A program made the translations under genes and the position numbers. DNA of 63,854 nt, filler included, from Dugesia japonica (lineage: Eukaryota), in the NCBI GenBank assembly GCA_001938525.1. It is 6 parts of 6 records of this genome, joined end to end, with 100 filler letters (N's around TTAATTAATTAA, not from the genome) between each part and the next. Parts side by side here need not be neighbours in the genome. Positions count along the whole stretch, not along the records: positions 55,529 to 63,854 come from MQRL01647715.1; 5 more parts are not named here. One strand, 5' to 3'. Every line of letters starts with the position of its first letter. Position 1 is the first letter of the stretch. Below the pieces are notes generated by a model. The model was not told the origin of the DNA. It did no database searches and was given only the letters and a program-made list of their open reading frames with translations. This document shows positions 58,976-63,854 of this stretch, in pieces.

Positions 58976-59751
58976 TTGTTCTATTATTCCTCTTATATTA
59001 TGATGATATTGACTTGAAATAATTATATTATATAATTATATTATATAATTATATTCATTGATTCTATCATCTCTAAATAAATTTCAATAAAGTGCATTAA
59101 ATATATTCTATCCAATAAATATACATAGCCCTCTCGTTTAGTTCATTCAATACTCTAAATAAATTTAATCAAATCATTAATTAATTTGTTTAAATTCAAC
59201 AAATAAAATTCGTATAATTGTTCAATACGAATATAATCACTCATTTGATTCACTTGATCTATTCAAAGTATTCAACCTGCTTAATACAGTCTCAATACAA
59301 TATACTAATTTAATACAATTAAATCTAACAAATTATTTAATCAGTTTATTTTATTAAATTTGCTTATTTAATCCATTCAATACACCCAGTCGACAAAATC
59401 AGTACGCATAATAAAAAAGTTCATCTTAATAAATACAATCTTTTTACTGAACTTGCTTAACTCATTAAATTAATACAATTCAATCAAAACTCTCAAAAGT
59501 CGAAATAAGGATTGCAACACTATAAATTTAACTTAATTAATTAATTTAATTAACTTTTTTTTAAATTCATACTTAAAAGCTTTCTGGTTAGAAAATTCAA
59601 ATATTAATGTCAACGGTGAATTTAAGATATTGATGTTCTTTGTAGGTAATTTAAATTCATTTAATATAAAAGCTTAGATCAAAATTATTGATATTGGATA
59701 ACAATTTGAAAAGCACCTAGATTCGAATATTAGATAGCTACCCCAACCCCA

Positions 59752-59954
59752 CCCTTCGTGGAAAGAAGTAACAGATGAGAACATAAAAAATGTGCATGTT
59801 CACATTCCTCGTGCATAAATACAAAATTTGCTTTGATCAAAAAAAATTGCACCATGTATTTTAAATATTTTTAAAAAATTTATCGATGTTATTCCATCAC
59901 GAAAACATATATAAATGTATGTTCTCATCAGTTACTTCTTTTCGCAAGAGGGGG
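59752..59954. mobile_element. Short MITE-like inverted-repeat element
   Basis: ccttcgtggaaagaagtaacagatgagaacata / tatgttctcatcagttacttcttttcgcaagaggg. Confidence 0.7.
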
Positions 59955-60719
59955 CTTGATTTCATGCGCTAATAAATGCCTACTAATACTGTCTGGAGAG
60001 CATTACATTGTTAATATCCACCCGAAGAGCATCTAGATTATAATAACGCCTGGGGAAAATTCAATTACCAATATTACCTAAATAGAATACTCCTTTGCAT
60101 ACACTTTTATTCATTCACCTATGTATGCTTTCATATACATGTGTAGTAATCAATTACCTGATTGCATGCACACTTCGTGAGAACTTGTTTGTAATTTAAT
60201 TATTTTTCATTTAATTTTTTGTGCATGTTTTACATATTTCAAAAACTACCAAAACATAATTTTCAGTAAGTCATTATAAAAATTTTCATGACTTGAAAGA
60301 TAAAGTTAAACAAGAAATCATTAAATTTCGTCAGTTTAAAATAAATCATTAATTTTAAATAAATCAAAGTTCTTGTCGAGTACGCATTCATTACACAATC
60401 ATTACGAAACCATGACGCAGTAACTTGCTGTGCTGTAATAGTATTTGATTGCCTAATTAACTGTATCAAATCTCACCGCACTTACGTATTCGCCAAAACT
60501 CCATTCTCTTGGCTAGCGGAGGTTTAGGGTGAGTCAGTGAGCTCCTATCTAAATATTAAAATTCTTTCAATATTTATTTTAAAATATTTTTAATATTATA
60601 TATTTCTAAATAATATTTTTATATGAAAATTCTGTTCCATTGGACTTAAAGAGTGTTTTAATTAATTATGAACAATGAATGGTTTTCTTAATCATTGTTT
60701 ATAATTGAAAATTACAATT

Positions 60720-60865
60720 ATTGATAGTAACTATTGGATTTAATTATTAATTTTAATTATTGATTATTATTGATTTTTATTATTATCGATTATTATTATT
60801 GATATTATTATTACTNNNNNNNNNNNNNNNNNNNNNNNNNNNNNNNNNNNNNNNNNNNNNNNNNN

Positions 60866-60929
<64 letters not shown>

Positions 60930-60930
60930 G
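60720..60930. repeat. (ATT)n microsatellite
   Basis: Direct reading. Confidence 0.9.
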
Positions 60931-62051
60931 CATTATTGTAATTTTAATAAGAGTAATACATATAACAATTTAGGACATATATCGATTAACACATTTCTGA
61001 GAATTATCAAAGACATTCCTCTTATATTTATCTACAAAATTTCTTTCTGATATTGCCCCATTTTATACTCTGAACTTTTGTTTAAAGAAAAAAGTTTCTT
61101 CACAAATCTAAAAACAGTACTTTTAAATTTCTATTTAATATTCTTTTTTTCAACTAATCACATCAAAAAGATTTAAAACAATATATACATTATAAATAAC
61201 TTAAAAGTAACTGATCCTTCTATTTATTTTATTTTGATGTATTTCATTTTATTTTACAATAAAAAAAAGAAAAAATTACTTTTACGATATTTAAAACTTT
61301 GTAATTATTTTTTTGCAATAAAACATTAGCAGCATGCTTTTGTTTTAATTGGTTTTGCAATTTATATACAAATATAATTTCATAATATAATTTTATTTTA
61401 CAGTAATATAANNNNNNNNNNNNNNNNNNNNNNNNNNNNNNNNNNNNNNNNNNNNNNNNNNNNNNNNNNNNNNNNNNNNNNNNNNNNNNNNNNNNNNNNN
61501 NNNNNNNNNNNNNNNAAAAATAATAATAATAAATAGTTATATTTATTAATAATTTATTTATAATTATAATTTATGGTTATTAATGATTTTCAAAATATAC
61601 AAATGTAAAATATAAAAATATTCCATGAATTATTCCAATATTTGAGTTACATCACAAGTATCATAAATCAATAATTGCTTAGCTGCTACCCGTGATGCTT
61701 ATAAGTGTTATCCAAGTTCTGAATTTTGAAAGAGAAAATAGGAAAAAGACAATTAGAATACATTCGAATTACATGTTATTCGAAATTATGAATTTCGATT
61801 TTTATTTTTAAAAATTTAAATTTGTTATTTATTTATTTGAATTTTATTTATTAGATGATATATTTAAAAAATTATTAAATTTATAGAAATTATTTTTGAA
61901 TCAGAAAATCAATTTTTCTTAAAGTCATATATCCATGTGTACAATGAAATTATAACATTATAATTTTAATTAATTAAAAAAATTTAATGGTTTTCTACAA
62001 TAATAAGTAAACTAAATTANATAATTAATTAAATACACATATAAAAGTGTA

Positions 62052-63276
62052 CTAGGTTGAGTCAAAAGTTCCCGGACACTTTTTATTTTGTCTATTTGAA
62101 TTTTAAAAAAATTGAATTATCTATTTTATTATAGTAAGTCAATTATTACAGATTTAATTTCAAAAAAATATTTATCATAGAAGCTCACAAAATGGCGGAC
62201 TTAAAAATCATAATTCGCGGTGTACTGCATCATTATTAGAAACAGGGTATACGCGTAAGAGCAATAGCCATAAAAATATGTGAAATTGAAGGTCCTAGGA
62301 TAGTCTTAAAAGCTACCGTAGGAGAATGGTTTCATAGATTTAATGAAAGCAATACCAGTCTGGAAGACAAATCACGTTCTGGAAGGCCATCGGACCTGAT
62401 AAATGAAGCTTTGTTGCAAGGTATTCAACAAATGCCAGACACCAGCACTCGCATTCTGGCTACTCAAATTGGGACGTCTCACTCAACCATGGTTTGGAAC
62501 CTTCTCGAACTTGGTTTTGCAAATATGAAACCCAAATCTGTTTGACATGAACTGACTGATCAATAAGCACGAAATTGTTGGATAATTCTAAAGATGACAG
62601 GTTCTGGAGACGAATCATAACTGTCGATGAAAAGTGGATATATTTCAGAAATCCTATTGTCATAAGGCAATAACTTCAGTCAGGTCAGAAGACATCATCC
62701 GTAGCTAAAAAGGGAAGGTTCAAACACATGGTGATGTTATCCATATGGGGGAAGTTTGAGTGTCCTGTATTATGGGGCTAATTTCAAAAGGCCAAGATTG
62801 TGGATAAAAACCTGTATGCTAAACAATTGGAACGATTTTATGATGTCTTAGTCACTCGTTATCCAGCTTTAATCAATAGAAAATAGGTGTTTCTGAAGCA
62901 TGATAATGCTCCAGTCTATAATTCTAAAGTGGTAAAGTCTAAATTAGAAGAGCTCGATGGAATCGAACTACTACCTCATCCAGTTTAAAGCTTAGACTTA
63001 GCTCCATCAGATTATCTTTAGTTCCAGTTAATGAGTCATTTTCTGATTGCCCAAAAATTTAATTCAGTAGCAGATGTCGAAAGTGGAGTCCATGAGTTTT
63101 TGCAGTCCAAGCCACCACTATGGTATCAGAAAGGAATCAAAAATTAAGCTGATAGACGGTTGTAAACCTTATCTAGCGAAGGACTTTATTTTGATAAGTA
63201 AAACTTTGATGTATTTATGACTTTTNTTCTATATATTTTTAGTTTAAAGTGTCCGGGAACTTTTAACTCAACCTAG
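62052..63276 (+). mobile_element. Full-length mariner (DD34D) transposon with inactivated transposase
   Basis: TIRs ctaggttgagtcaaaagttcccggacacttt / aaagtgtccgggaacttttaactcaacctag, TA TSD; ITVDEKW, HDNAP and LDLAPSDY motifs with stops. Confidence 0.95.
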
Positions 63277-63854
63277 TAATAAAAAAGTAAATATTATTGC
63301 TTGATTTTCTAGCTATACGTTTTAAACATAAAATTACAATTTTTTCGAACTGTTCAGTTTAGAATGTGCTTAAATATTGTGTCATAATTTTAAAAAATAT
63401 AATATATAAATCTATCCTGAAATCATTGATAATTTTATCAATTTGATAATTTATCTATAATTTTTATTTATTTTTGAAGCTTTGATTAAAACAAAAATTA
63501 AAATAAATATTTTAATTATAGTCTAATTTAGTTAAAATTATAAAATATAAATAAATAAACCAAAAAGATTTTTTAAAAGATTTATTTAAAATAGATTTAC
63601 ATTATTTACTTAACTTTGATGATATTATTAGATGTTTGAAATTATTTATTTTGAATTAAATTTTATATCAAATCATTAAACTATATATTTTAGGTGTTCA
63701 AATATGTTTTTTTTTAATTTTAATATTAATTTCATTATTTTTAATTTTAAATATTTATCGAAATAGAATCCATCATATTTATTTTTGGATATATTTTTCC
63801 TCGGATTAATATCAAGACTAAAAAACAAGTAAAAATCTGTTGGCGATAGATCTG

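Overview
AT-rich animal (eukaryotic) genomic DNA. It is not one contiguous locus: five 100-bp artificial linkers (44 N + TTAATTAATTAA + 44 N) split it into six pieces (1-11400, 11501-20710, 20811-29663, 29764-39471, 39572-55428, 55529-63854). Host genes are a complete type IV collagen chain with about 28 very short introns (22838-29391 +), rps20 (35372-35766 -), the first three exons of a canonical ankyrin (- strand) and a probable AGC-kinase last exon. Most of the rest is decayed mobile DNA: MULE, hAT MITEs, pogo, Tc1/mariner/maT, two Ty3/gypsy elements, a Penelope-like RT and a Polinton/Maverick (adintovirus-like) core. The most unusual feature is a cassette next to the Polinton core, present in the same order on two scaffold pieces. 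It has four small GC-richer ORFs (M1-M4), most starting at a splice acceptor; M3 ends in a dynein-light-chain-type K-x-T-Q-T motif. These are followed by a ~175-190-nt element that occurs four times, shows compensatory base changes in several stems, and has a possible long-range pseudoknot and an invariant Sm-site-like TAAATTCTTGA linker. I do not recognise this RNA-like element or these ORFs. All alignments and translations were done by eye and no database searches were run.
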